DNA of 64,000 bases from the IMG/VR virus record IMGVR_UViG_3300032319_000846, positions 1 to 64,000 of that record. One strand, given 5' to 3'. The notes below the pieces were generated by a model, which was not told the DNA's origin, made no database searches, and saw only the letters and a program-made list of their open reading frames with translations. The stretch is from a virus (taxonomy: Duplodnaviria > Caudoviricetes). This document shows, in pieces, positions 52,977-62,830 of the stretch. Both the position numbers and the translations under genes were made by a program. Numbering within the stretch: position 1 is the first letter of the stretch; each line of letters begins with the position of its first letter.

Positions 52977-55682
52977 TTATAAATTATCTATTATTACTAC
53001 TTTTGGATAACCGTTTGTTCCACTTCCACAAGAAGCATAAGCACTGTTATATGTGTTGTTATATGCACTTTGGTATCCTCCACCTGTTCTTGCTACATCT
53101 GCTTCAAAAGTTAATGTTGCACAACTATTAGTTGGATAGAGTCTTCTTTTATGTAAAAAATTATTAGCGTTTAATAAAGCCAACACTTGACTTGCTACCT
53201 GATAATTAGGACTTCCTGTATCATGATAATTACTAAAAAAAGAAAAATTAGAAATTTTAATTCCTCCCGTTTTAGCTCTCCTTATAGAGTTATAAATTCT
53301 GTTTACATTGGTAGATACATTTTGAGAAGGGTTATATGTGTCTTCTAATATAGATAAATTGTTATTATATGTGTGACACAAACTTGCTTCCATTTCTATA
53401 TTATAGGTATCCCAATAATCAGGATTATCTTTTAATCCATCAATTTCAGGTCTTAAATCTGAAGTGGGAACAGCCCATACACCTCTTGTACCAATAGAAT
53501 CTGTTAAACTACCACAATCATAAACTGTATTAAATCCTTTTGCTTTAAAAATAGCTCCCCATCTTTTAGCAAATTTTTTCAGTTGGTATCCTTTAAATTT
53601 CAACCAACGTTTTCCTGCTGTTCCATTATAATCTAATGGTGCTGATAATACATTACCATATACAGAAGTTTGCCATGTATTCCAAGCAGCTATCTCTGTT
53701 GGATGATAATCACAATTTAAACCTCCGGGACTAGAAATGGGATATTGAAGTTCTTGATTTTCTTCTTGTGTAACAGCTACAATAACATTATTTGCATACC
53801 CACTGAACTCATTAGATACTAAATTCCAAAATCTATCCATATTGGTAATTTTTCCACTGCTTAATGTCATTGGAATAGATGTATTACTTCCTGAATACAT
53901 TGCTCCGTTAGACATTCTCATTCCATCATTAACAGGGTCATAAGTGTGAGCAGGAGCAGGATTTAATGTTCCAACACTCATTTGGAATTTTAAATAAGCT
54001 TTCATACCTTTTACATTAATGATATAATTTAAAAGAGCTTTCACCTTATTAAGGGTTAATACATCTAAAATATTTTCCACTTGTTCTAACTCAGCCCATT
54101 CTACAGTGAATAGTATCATGTTACCGCCATCTGCTCTCCAGTTATCTATAGCTGTTTTTTTATTTCCACCTACTAATACAGTACCTACATTTATTATATC
54201 ATTTAATCCCCCTAACCAAATACTTTCATAAGCATCTGTATCTGCACCTAAAGTAGGAGAAGCAGAAACAATTCTAAATGAAATTTGCTTTTTAGATTGT
54301 GCAGCACTATTATCTCCCCAATATGCTCCATTATAAGCATATTTAGTAATACTGTGATTTGTTAATGGTTCAAGTTTTAGTCCTGAAAGATTATTTCTCC
54401 ATTTACCATTTACGTTGTAATAGATGTTTGAAACTGAAGGTGAAGCACTATCTGTTATAAGAAACTCACCGTTAGGTTGTTGTGTGTACACAAGTTTCAT
54501 AAATCCATCATTTTCATTTACAGCTTTAGATTCCTTTACAGAAAAACTTGTAGTGAGTCTTAGTGGGAGATAGATGGAAGATTTGAAATTTCCATCTATG
54601 TATGCATCTACATATCCATATTGAGAAGATGTTACTGTCATAGTTGAAGAATATGCAGCAGTGAGAGTTCCTACAATTGAGCTTCCCTGTTTTAAATCAA
54701 TTGTGACAGTATCAAGCAAATTACCTCCTGAAAGAGAAAAACTTATTGTTTTTCCTATAGGAGCATCAACAATAAAATCTTCGATTGCAATAGCAGTTCC
54801 ACTTCCTCCCCCACAATTGAGAATAGGAACACAATTTCCTGAAATTAATTCAAAACATTGAGAACATGTTACAGGAGTAGTGACTACAAAAGTTTTAGCA
54901 GTTTGTCCTAAACACGCATTACTATCTAATTCAAATGTATAAGTTGCAGGAGCTAATGTTCCAAAATCTATTGTAAGAACACTACTTGTAGGAATAATTG
55001 TACCGCTTGTCATAATTGTTCCCGTAGAATTTTTCACTCTCCAATTACCTGATGTTAAAGAACAAGCATTAAATGCTATATTATAACTTGTAGTGGAGCC
55101 TATTTTTGTAATACTATCTACAGAAAAACTGCTTAAATTAGAACATCCACAATTAGGAAGACAGCTTCCTGTGGTGTAAGAAGTAAAAGTAATACATAAA
55201 GAAGGGTTTTCTGTATTTCTTACATATATGTAATAAGTGTTATTTTTTAATAACTGATTAAACTGATTAATAGATTGCCAAGAAGTAGGTGCAACTCCTA
55301 TTGTTGTACTAAGTCCATATTCCAATGTACCACTACCAGATGTATTCACTGCTACAACAATACTTGTTGTATTAGAAACACACGATTCTGAAACATTTGA
55401 AATAGCTACAGTACAAATTGTAGATGGACAATTCACTACTAAATTTGTAGTAATATCATCCTTACACATTGTATCAGAAACTGCTTCTAATCTAATGTTA
55501 ATATTATCAAGTGTGTATACGCCATTTCCAATAGCAATTGTAGCTGTTGAAGAGTTTAATAGATTTATCACTTGGTTTTGAGTGAGATAAGAAGATGTAA
55601 GGAGATTTCCTTCATCATTCCTAAAACTCACTCTATAATTTCCTGTTACAGGACTTCCTAAATTTAAAGTTAGATTTGCCAT
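52977..55682 (-). CDS. multi-domain virion protein: Ig-like/Cys-rich N-part plus glycoside-hydrolase-like C-domain
   Basis: Ig/SprB-like LEYGL...WQSINQF..L....Y.IYVR; GH-A-like VEWAELE, QEENQELQYP, W..W...YG. Confidence 0.55.
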   Translation of the reverse strand: MANLTLNLGSPVTGNYRVSFRNDEGNLLTSSYLTQNQVINLLNSSTATIAIGNGVYTLDNINIRLEAVSDTMCKDDITTNLVVNCPSTICTVAISNVSESCVSNTTSIVVAVNTSGSGTLEYGLSTTIGVAPTSWQSINQFNQLLKNNTYYIYVRNTENPSLCITFTSYTTGSCLPNCGCSNLSSFSVDSITKIGSTTSYNIAFNACSLTSGNWRVKNSTGTIMTSGTIIPTSSVLTIDFGTLAPATYTFELDSNACLGQTAKTFVVTTPVTCSQCFELISGNCVPILNCGGGSGTAIAIEDFIVDAPIGKTISFSLSGGNLLDTVTIDLKQGSSIVGTLTAAYSSTMTVTSSQYGYVDAYIDGNFKSSIYLPLRLTTSFSVKESKAVNENDGFMKLVYTQQPNGEFLITDSASPSVSNIYYNVNGKWRNNLSGLKLEPLTNHSITKYAYNGAYWGDNSAAQSKKQISFRIVSASPTLGADTDAYESIWLGGLNDIINVGTVLVGGNKKTAIDNWRADGGNMILFTVEWAELEQVENILDVLTLNKVKALLNYIINVKGMKAYLKFQMSVGTLNPAPAHTYDPVNDGMRMSNGAMYSGSNTSIPMTLSSGKITNMDRFWNLVSNEFSGYANNVIVAVTQEENQELQYPISSPGGLNCDYHPTEIAAWNTWQTSVYGNVLSAPLDYNGTAGKRWLKFKGYQLKKFAKRWGAIFKAKGFNTVYDCGSLTDSIGTRGVWAVPTSDLRPEIDGLKDNPDYWDTYNIEMEASLCHTYNNNLSILEDTYNPSQNVSTNVNRIYNSIRRAKTGGIKISNFSFFSNYHDTGSPNYQVASQVLALLNANNFLHKRRLYPTNSCATLTFEADVARTGGGYQSAYNNTYNSAYASCGSGTNGYPKVVIIDNL

Positions 55683-58000
55683 TATATTGCTCTTTCTCCG
55701 CTTAAAATTGATTCTTCGTAATTAGTTTTAGTTAAATTTACCAATGCTCTTTGAGCTGCTGTTTTAAATTTTGCACCTTCGCTGTGTACATTTGCTCCTC
55801 CTATTGCTGTAAATGTTACTTGTCCTGCCCCCATTTGAACAAATGTTGTCATTGTTCCAATTCTAATATTAGCTGTGGCATCAGCAGGAATTGTAACAGT
55901 CATTGCAGAAGAAGAATTCATGTAAAATATTTTTCCTGCATCTAATTTAGTTAATGTGAATCCTGCTGTTTTGGTAATTACAGGTCTAATTAGAGTAGGA
56001 GCTTCTGTAATTCCATTTGTATTAAAATCTAAAGCATTTAACAGATAATCAACTGTGGTTACATCTTGAAATCTATTATTTCTAATTGTACAATAATCCC
56101 AAGTTCCTGTAGGGCATTCAATCCAAAGTCCATTTACACATGTGTTGTCAGCTATATTTTCTGTAAAGTTAACTGCTTTTAACGCTAATGCGCTTGAAAT
56201 GCTTTGAATATAAATACACCACTTAGAAATATTAGAAAAACTGTTTGCGCTGATAATAGTATATTTTCCTCCCTGATACAATTTAATTCCATAATCAGAG
56301 TTTATAAAATTATTGTTTGAGATTATTCCAAAAGCATTTTGTAATTCACTATTTAGGTGAAAAACTCCACATCCATCTGTAGACACATCTCCTAAATAAT
56401 TTCTAAAAGTGTTTCCAATTATATTCAATCTTATAATGGAATTATATACTGCATAAACACCAAAAAAATAACTTGCTCCTGCTCCTACAAATTGATTATT
56501 TTTCACAGTAAAATCTTCAGCAAGTGTACCTATAGTTTCAAAAGACAACCCTGTAGTATCTGTAAAGATATTGTTTTCAAACAAAATATCTTTACAATCA
56601 AAACCAATCGTCACTTTCTTTTGAAATATGTTTCCAACAAATTTGCTTTGTTGTTGTCCTGTAATATTAAGGGTAGAGGCAAAAACACATCCTTCAACCA
56701 ATGTATTACAAACAATAATCATGTTAAAAAAAGGATTGATTGTTTTTCCTGTTGTTAAAAACTTACAATTTGAAATTGTATTATTTTCAGCAAATCTTGC
56801 CAATCCTAAATAAATATCATTAACAACACTGTTTGTTACAATAATATTTGACCAAGTGTTATAACCCCCACCTCCCCACGTTATACCATAATAACAACTT
56901 CTAATTCTTATGTTATTAAAATAATTATTATGAGATTCATTTCCTGTAGCAATTGCTGCTCTTAATCTATAAGTAGCTCCATAAGAAGGAATTGTAGAAG
57001 GGTCATAATAAGCTGTGTATGTTCCGCACCCTTGAAACTCGCTATCAATAAATTTAGAATGTTCCGCTTCTTCAAAATCTATTCCTGAAAGTGCAGAATT
57101 TCTTCCTGTGCAATTTTTGAATACAACATTAAATGCAGATGCTCCTCCTTCTCCTGCTGCTGTAAAACAATGTCTTCCAACATTTTCTACATAACAATTT
57201 TCTACAACAATATTTTCTGTAGTAATTAAAGGATTAGCATTAAATCCTTCAATGTAAACACCGTCTCCTACAATGTTTCCTCCACTTGCAATATTAGAAA
57301 TTCTGCAATTTCTAATCAAAACATTTTTTACCGCTCCATATCTTGCTCCTACAATAATCCCCATTCCTCCCCACAAGTTATCATCTATAATTGTAGCAGA
57401 TGTTCCACTTCTTGCAATACCACATTTATCAATGGTCAGATTTTCTATAGTGATGTTAGAAGAATTGTATACAGTAACACCAAAACAGTATTTGTATCCT
57501 GTAAAAACATTTGTTGTCTGCCCTCCACCATCAATTTTGAAATTAGAAACAGTTACATTGGTTTTACCATTAATTCCTACAAAATCTCTTAATCCATCTG
57601 CCCCTGCTTTTAACACACTTTCTGCTCCTTCTCCGTAAACCTGTTGATTAGAATTAAGTACAAGATTTGAAGTGATAATGTATGTTCCCATAGGAATAAA
57701 TACATTTTTATTTGTAGCAATAGCAGCAGCAACAGCAGTGGTGTCATTTGTTGTCCCATCTCCTTTTGCTCCAAATTGTTTCAAATTCACAATTAATGAA
57801 GTTGAAATCCATCTTCCTGTAGCTACACCTGTTACAGCAATGATTGTTCCTCCATTATCTGAAAGAACAGAAGAAGAGTTCCATTGATAAGTATTATTAC
57901 CTCCATCGGAAGCAGTGTAATATCCTAATGTTTCTACTAAAGAATTAGTAGTTCCTTTTCTTGTTCTTAATTGAGCTATGTTTGTTATTTTAGTTATCAT
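55682..58000 (-). CDS. tailspike with right-handed beta-helix (pectate-lyase-like depolymerase)
   Basis: GYY...DGG...Y.W head domain, VNLKQFGAKGDGTTNDTTA, repeated N/I beta-helix rungs. Confidence 0.85.
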   Translation of the reverse strand: MITKITNIAQLRTRKGTTNSLVETLGYYTASDGGNNTYQWNSSSVLSDNGGTIIAVTGVATGRWISTSLIVNLKQFGAKGDGTTNDTTAVAAAIATNKNVFIPMGTYIITSNLVLNSNQQVYGEGAESVLKAGADGLRDFVGINGKTNVTVSNFKIDGGGQTTNVFTGYKYCFGVTVYNSSNITIENLTIDKCGIARSGTSATIIDDNLWGGMGIIVGARYGAVKNVLIRNCRISNIASGGNIVGDGVYIEGFNANPLITTENIVVENCYVENVGRHCFTAAGEGGASAFNVVFKNCTGRNSALSGIDFEEAEHSKFIDSEFQGCGTYTAYYDPSTIPSYGATYRLRAAIATGNESHNNYFNNIRIRSCYYGITWGGGGYNTWSNIIVTNSVVNDIYLGLARFAENNTISNCKFLTTGKTINPFFNMIIVCNTLVEGCVFASTLNITGQQQSKFVGNIFQKKVTIGFDCKDILFENNIFTDTTGLSFETIGTLAEDFTVKNNQFVGAGASYFFGVYAVYNSIIRLNIIGNTFRNYLGDVSTDGCGVFHLNSELQNAFGIISNNNFINSDYGIKLYQGGKYTIISANSFSNISKWCIYIQSISSALALKAVNFTENIADNTCVNGLWIECPTGTWDYCTIRNNRFQDVTTVDYLLNALDFNTNGITEAPTLIRPVITKTAGFTLTKLDAGKIFYMNSSSAMTVTIPADATANIRIGTMTTFVQMGAGQVTFTAIGGANVHSEGAKFKTAAQRALVNLTKTNYEESILSGERAI

Positions 58001-58010
58001 TATTTTATTT

Positions 58011-58898
58011 TTAGGCTACAGTAATACCATAATAAGTTCCCATATTTCTTTCAATAGTTTGTCTTTCTATTGTAGATAAATTTCTCGTAAAAATTATAAT
58101 CTCAGAAAGGTTAGCATTGAGGAATTCACTTGCATCACCTGCCCTTCTTCCTATCGCCAATTCGTTTCCTGTTACAACACTATTTGCCATTATCCCATTT
58201 GCTGTAGTTCCTATGCTAATTCCATTTCTAAAACATTCAGAAGAGGCTCCTATATTTATAATAGATATAACTTGTTTATCTGATAAAGTATTTGTATTAC
58301 TTCCGTAATCATAGTCAGCATTTGAATTCCTCCATCTTAAAGTATTGTTCGGATTAGGACCAGTTGCTAATCCAAAATGAAAATATGCAGCATTTTTTCC
58401 TTGATTAACAATAGTAGCGTAAACCGAAGTAAACTTTTGATATACTAAAAATATAGACAAATTATTGTTATTAACAAGTCCTGATATTAGTGTGGAAGTT
58501 ACTAAACTACTGCTTGTTCCGTTATAATAATTTGTCACTTTGCTATTTATAACATCATTAGTTCCTGCATTTACTATTCTTGGCTGATTTGCATTTGTTG
58601 CCTGAGATAGAGTTCTTGAATTTCCACTTTGGTCATACCAAGCTGTTACAAATCCACTATTACTTGATACATGAGAACTCAAAGCATTTGTATTATAATC
58701 TCCACTGGAAAAACCAATATCTACTGTAGAATTATCACTATTTCTACGAATATTGTTTGCGTAAGTAATTCCGCTTTTTAATTGTCTCATTGACCACGCA
58801 CCTACTAAATTAGTATTAGAAACATTATCTAATATATAAGGAAGAATAGGTGTAGATGCTCCTATTTTTATAAGTAAAGATGGAAATCTATTATACAT
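58011..58898 (-). CDS. concanavalin A/LamG-like carbohydrate-binding tail protein
   Basis: AWSMRQL..IRRNSDN...DIGF...WYDQSGN...QPRIV; LSEIIIF.R.LS..ER. Confidence 0.75.
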   Translation of the reverse strand: MYNRFPSLLIKIGASTPILPYILDNVSNTNLVGAWSMRQLKSGITYANNIRRNSDNSTVDIGFSSGDYNTNALSSHVSSNSGFVTAWYDQSGNSRTLSQATNANQPRIVNAGTNDVINSKVTNYYNGTSSSLVTSTLISGLVNNNNLSIFLVYQKFTSVYATIVNQGKNAAYFHFGLATGPNPNNTLRWRNSNADYDYGSNTNTLSDKQVISIINIGASSECFRNGISIGTTANGIMANSVVTGNELAIGRRAGDASEFLNANLSEIIIFTRNLSTIERQTIERNMGTYYGITVA

Positions 58899-58901
58899 AT
58901 T

Positions 58902-61900
58902 TTACGCTTCTAATGCTATACCTAAAACATCCCATTTTGTATCTATTGAATTATACATCGTTGAAATATATAATATTTTACCTAAAGTAGTGGTAGTTGG
59001 AAGTGTAACACCGATTGTTCTAAAAATAGCATTAAATGTAATACTTCTTGCTGTTCCATTATCTTTAATTCTAAAAATTGCCGCTTGTCCTTGTACTGGT
59101 GTACCACTTGGAGAAGCTAATGTAAGCCCTACTGCTTGCGCTGTAATTACTACTAAATCATCTGTATCAGCATTTAATGTGACTGTAGCAGATGATGTTA
59201 TAGATTGTACTCTTGGATTAATTCTTTTATTAGTAAGAGTTTCTGTTCCTGCTAATGTAGAAAGTGTTCCTGTGGTAGGTAATGTAACATTTGTAGTAGC
59301 AGTTGATGTTAATGTAGTGGAAAATGCTCCTGCTGTAATTAAACTTCCGCCATCTACAATTGTAAGAGTTGCTCCTGTTGTAGGTGCTGTTATAGTAAGT
59401 TTATTAATACTTGTAGCTGTAGCTACCCCCAACACAGGTGTTACCAGTGTGGGAGAAGTAGCAAATACACTTGCCCCACTACCAGTTTCATCTGTTAAAG
59501 CCGTTGCTAATTGAGCAGAAGTAAAGCTACCAAGAGAGGTTGTATTCCCTACTGATGTTATAACTCCTGTTAAGTTTGCATTAGTTACTACTGTTGTGGC
59601 ATTGCCAACACTTGTAACCATTCCTGTTAAATTAGCATTAGTTGCATCATTAGCATTTAATTTTTGTATAGCTTGTATAATAGTATCTGTTGCTGCAACT
59701 GTACCTGCTCCTGAAACATATCCTGTAAGCACTTTACCAATTACAGCAGAGTTTGTTAATGTAGCTTCATTACCAATAGATGTAACTTCACCTGTGAGAT
59801 TAGCATTTGTAGTGACATTTCCTGCTGTTAATCCTGCTGCTGTACCAGTGATATTAGTTCCTACTAAAGTAGAAGGAGTTCCTAAATTTGGTGTTACTAA
59901 TGTAGGACTTGTAGCAAAAACTAAAGCACCATTTCCAGTTTCATCAGTGATAGCAGCAGCTAAATTTACACTTGAGGGTGTAGCTAAAAATGTTACAACA
60001 CCTGTACCTAATCCAGAAACACCAGTACTAATGGGTAATCCTGTGCCATTAGTTAATGTAACACTTGATGGAGTCCCTAAAACTCCTCCTGAATATAATA
60101 CAGTACCTCCTGCTTCAAATGCAATAGAACTATTATCTGTACCTGTAAAAGTTAATGTGTTACTAGCTGTTAATGTTTTTCCATCTGCAATAGTAAGAGT
60201 GCTTCCTGTAATAGGAGTTGTTATTGTCAACTTATTTATTGATGTAGCAGATGCTACACCTAAAATAGGTGTTGTTAATGTAGGAGAAGTAGCTCTAACT
60301 ACTGCTCCTGTACCTGTATTTGCTGTAACGGCTAATCCATTAATAGAAAAACTATTACCAATCCCTGCTGTATCAAATGTTTTATTTGTAAGTGTATGTG
60401 TAGAAACATCTGTCAATACACTACTATTAATAGCCACTGTAACTGCACCACTACCGTTATAAGAAGTTCCTGTTAATCCTGTACCAATAGTGAGAGTTGC
60501 TAAATTAGCTCCTAATGCAATTCCTGATATTGTACTATTAGTTAATTTTGCATTAGTAATACTTCCTGCTAACATTGTGTTAGTTACTGTAGCAGAATCT
60601 CCTGTTGTAACCACTGTTCCTGTTACAGCAGGTAATGTAATTGTAGTAGTTCCTGCAATTGCAGTGGGAATCAATACTGTTGTACCAGAAGTACTTCCTG
60701 CAAATGTAGTGCTAAGAATACCTGTTAATACTTGATTAGCAGAAGCTCTATTTAAAGCTATTGATGTAGTACCAATAAAAACAGCACTATTTCCTAATAC
60801 AGCACTTGGAATAGTTCCGCTTAAATTGCCTGCTGTTAATCCTGTTAAATTTGCACCTGACACTGCTCCAAAACTTCCACTCCAAGTACCTGATGTAATT
60901 GTACCCACTGATGTAAGAGAAGAAGTTGTAACACTTGCTGCTAATGTAGCTCCTGTTAATGTACCTGCTGCTGCTGTTACTGTAATTGCACTACTACCAT
61001 CAAAATTTACTCCATTAATTGCTCTTGCAGTGGTTAGTGTTGCAGCACTTGTTGCAGTTGAAGCATTACCTGTCAAAGCTCCTATAAAAGATGTAGATGT
61101 TAATGCTCCCGTACTTGGATTATATGTAAATCCTGTGTCAGTTCGAGGACTTAGATTACCTGTAGCAGCATTAACAAACAAAGGATAGTTTGTTGCGTTA
61201 GTAGTATTATCCGCAGTAAGTGTTACAGCAGCAGCAAACCCATCAATACTTGTAATTCCTGTTAATGCTTGTGAAGCAGATGCTCTGTTTAGTGCAATAG
61301 ATGTTGTACCTATGTTTAAAGTTGAAGCACCTAATACACCTGTAGGAATAATGCCTGATAATTGTGCAGCAGGAATTCCTGTAGCATTAGTTAAAACGAT
61401 TGCACTTGGGGTTCCTAAATTAGGAGTGATTAATGTAGGAGAAGTAGCAAATACCAAATTTCCTGTTCCTGTTTTATCTGTAACAGCAGTAATTAGATTT
61501 GCAGCCGTAGGTGTTGCTAAAAAAGCAGCAACACCTGCTCCCATTCCACTTACTCCTGTAGTAATAGGTAATCCTGTAGCATTTGTAAGTGTTACAGATG
61601 TAGGAGTTCCAAGTATAGGAGTGGTAAGAGTTACTACTGTTCCATTTGTAGTTGCTCCTGTTATTCCTGCAAAAGTTCCTGCGTTATTATATTGAAGTTG
61701 TGTTGTACTTCCTCCGGGAGAACCTCCACCTCCTGATGGAGTTCTATATGTTCCATCCTGACTCAAATACAAAGTAGGAGTTCCTCCACTAACTAATGTA
61801 ACACCATTTACAGATTTGTTTGTAAGTGCATCTGTAGTTGCTCTACCTACATAAGTGTCAGTTCCCTGAAAAGTAAGCGTTGCTCCATCAGTTCCCTGTA

Positions 61901-62276
61901 ATGTAAGTGTATTGTTTACAGTTAATGTTTTTCCTCCTGCAAGTGTAAAATCTATATCAAAATCAATGGTTTTTGCACTAATGGTGTGCCAATCAATTCC
62001 ATCAGATATATACTCCACACATCTATAAAAAGAAGTAAGTAAAACAGTAGTTTGTAACTGATTTGTGGAAGGTTCTTGAATATTACCTCCTGCTGAAACA
62101 AGTGTAATATTAGCTAAATCTGTATTTGAAAATCTTGCAATAGATATTTCTCTATTTTTATATGCTGTTGCATCAGGCAGTGTTAAAGTGATTGGTGTAT
62201 TAGTGTTATACACCAAAACATTCTTCACATTTTGAGAAATAGTGTAAGAAACAGAAGTAGTTATTTGTTTGTACAT
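58902..62276 (-). CDS. long repetitive tail fibre protein
   Basis: Thr/Gly/Ala-rich with recurring TG.G..V.ATSPTL.TP.LG, IGTTSIALNRASA and TNANLTG.VTS.GN modules. Confidence 0.8.
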   Translation of the reverse strand: MYKQITTSVSYTISQNVKNVLVYNTNTPITLTLPDATAYKNREISIARFSNTDLANITLVSAGGNIQEPSTNQLQTTVLLTSFYRCVEYISDGIDWHTISAKTIDFDIDFTLAGGKTLTVNNTLTLQGTDGATLTFQGTDTYVGRATTDALTNKSVNGVTLVSGGTPTLYLSQDGTYRTPSGGGGSPGGSTTQLQYNNAGTFAGITGATTNGTVVTLTTPILGTPTSVTLTNATGLPITTGVSGMGAGVAAFLATPTAANLITAVTDKTGTGNLVFATSPTLITPNLGTPSAIVLTNATGIPAAQLSGIIPTGVLGASTLNIGTTSIALNRASASQALTGITSIDGFAAAVTLTADNTTNATNYPLFVNAATGNLSPRTDTGFTYNPSTGALTSTSFIGALTGNASTATSAATLTTARAINGVNFDGSSAITVTAAAGTLTGATLAASVTTSSLTSVGTITSGTWSGSFGAVSGANLTGLTAGNLSGTIPSAVLGNSAVFIGTTSIALNRASANQVLTGILSTTFAGSTSGTTVLIPTAIAGTTTITLPAVTGTVVTTGDSATVTNTMLAGSITNAKLTNSTISGIALGANLATLTIGTGLTGTSYNGSGAVTVAINSSVLTDVSTHTLTNKTFDTAGIGNSFSINGLAVTANTGTGAVVRATSPTLTTPILGVASATSINKLTITTPITGSTLTIADGKTLTASNTLTFTGTDNSSIAFEAGGTVLYSGGVLGTPSSVTLTNGTGLPISTGVSGLGTGVVTFLATPSSVNLAAAITDETGNGALVFATSPTLVTPNLGTPSTLVGTNITGTAAGLTAGNVTTNANLTGEVTSIGNEATLTNSAVIGKVLTGYVSGAGTVAATDTIIQAIQKLNANDATNANLTGMVTSVGNATTVVTNANLTGVITSVGNTTSLGSFTSAQLATALTDETGSGASVFATSPTLVTPVLGVATATSINKLTITAPTTGATLTIVDGGSLITAGAFSTTLTSTATTNVTLPTTGTLSTLAGTETLTNKRINPRVQSITSSATVTLNADTDDLVVITAQAVGLTLASPSGTPVQGQAAIFRIKDNGTARSITFNAIFRTIGVTLPTTTTLGKILYISTMYNSIDTKWDVLGIALEA

Positions 62277-62279
62277 ATG

Positions 62280-62828
62280 TTATATTGCTAACCAATTGAA
62301 TATTAAATTACCGCTTCCTGATGGTGGTGCTACATCGTAGTTAATGGTAATGTTTGTTCCATCATAAGAAACACTCTTAATTAAAGAAGCATCATCAGAT
62401 AAAGGAGTTACTGTAGCAAAAGTTGGAGTTGTTCCTACACCATGAGCTATCGTATAAGTTGTTGCTGTTCCTGTGGCAGATTGTGTTGATGTACCTTTAA
62501 ATAAAGTTGTAGAAGCCGTAATATTACTGCTAATTATATGCCATGCAATACTGTCAGAAATATATGTTAAGCTTTTAATAGCATTTCCAAAAGCAAAACT
62601 AGTTACAAGAGTATTGTTAGCAGGATTTTCAACATTTCCTGTCACTGTATTTACTGTTACATTTGCAGTGTCGGAAGAAGAAAATCTTGTTAAAGTAATT
62701 TCTCTATTCCTATATTTAGCGGGGTCAGGAAGAGTTACAGTGATAGCTGTAGATGCATTTGCTATTAAAACAACTTTGATGTTATTCAATACACTGTAAG
62801 ACCCTGTAATTGTTGTTGTAAAATACAT
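62280..62828 (-). CDS. short tail protein sharing its N-terminal domain with the tail fibre
   Basis: ITVTLPDPAKYRNREITLTRFS...YISD.I.WH.IS matches the N-terminus of 58902-62276; likely start ATG 62828 (MYFTT). Confidence 0.7.
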   Translation of the reverse strand: MYFTTTITGSYSVLNNIKVVLIANASTAITVTLPDPAKYRNREITLTRFSSSDTANVTVNTVTGNVENPANNTLVTSFAFGNAIKSLTYISDSIAWHIISSNITASTTLFKGTSTQSATGTATTYTIAHGVGTTPTFATVTPLSDDASLIKSVSYDGTNITINYDVAPPSGSGNLIFNWLAI

Positions 62829-62830
62829 AA

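Noticed and set aside
58990-61695. Long + strand ORFs (58990, 59596, 60490, 60826, 61312) and similar ones at 50955, 57273 and 62473
   Set aside because: Antisense shadows of Thr/Gly/Ala-rich tail genes; Val/Pro-rich translations with no motifs.
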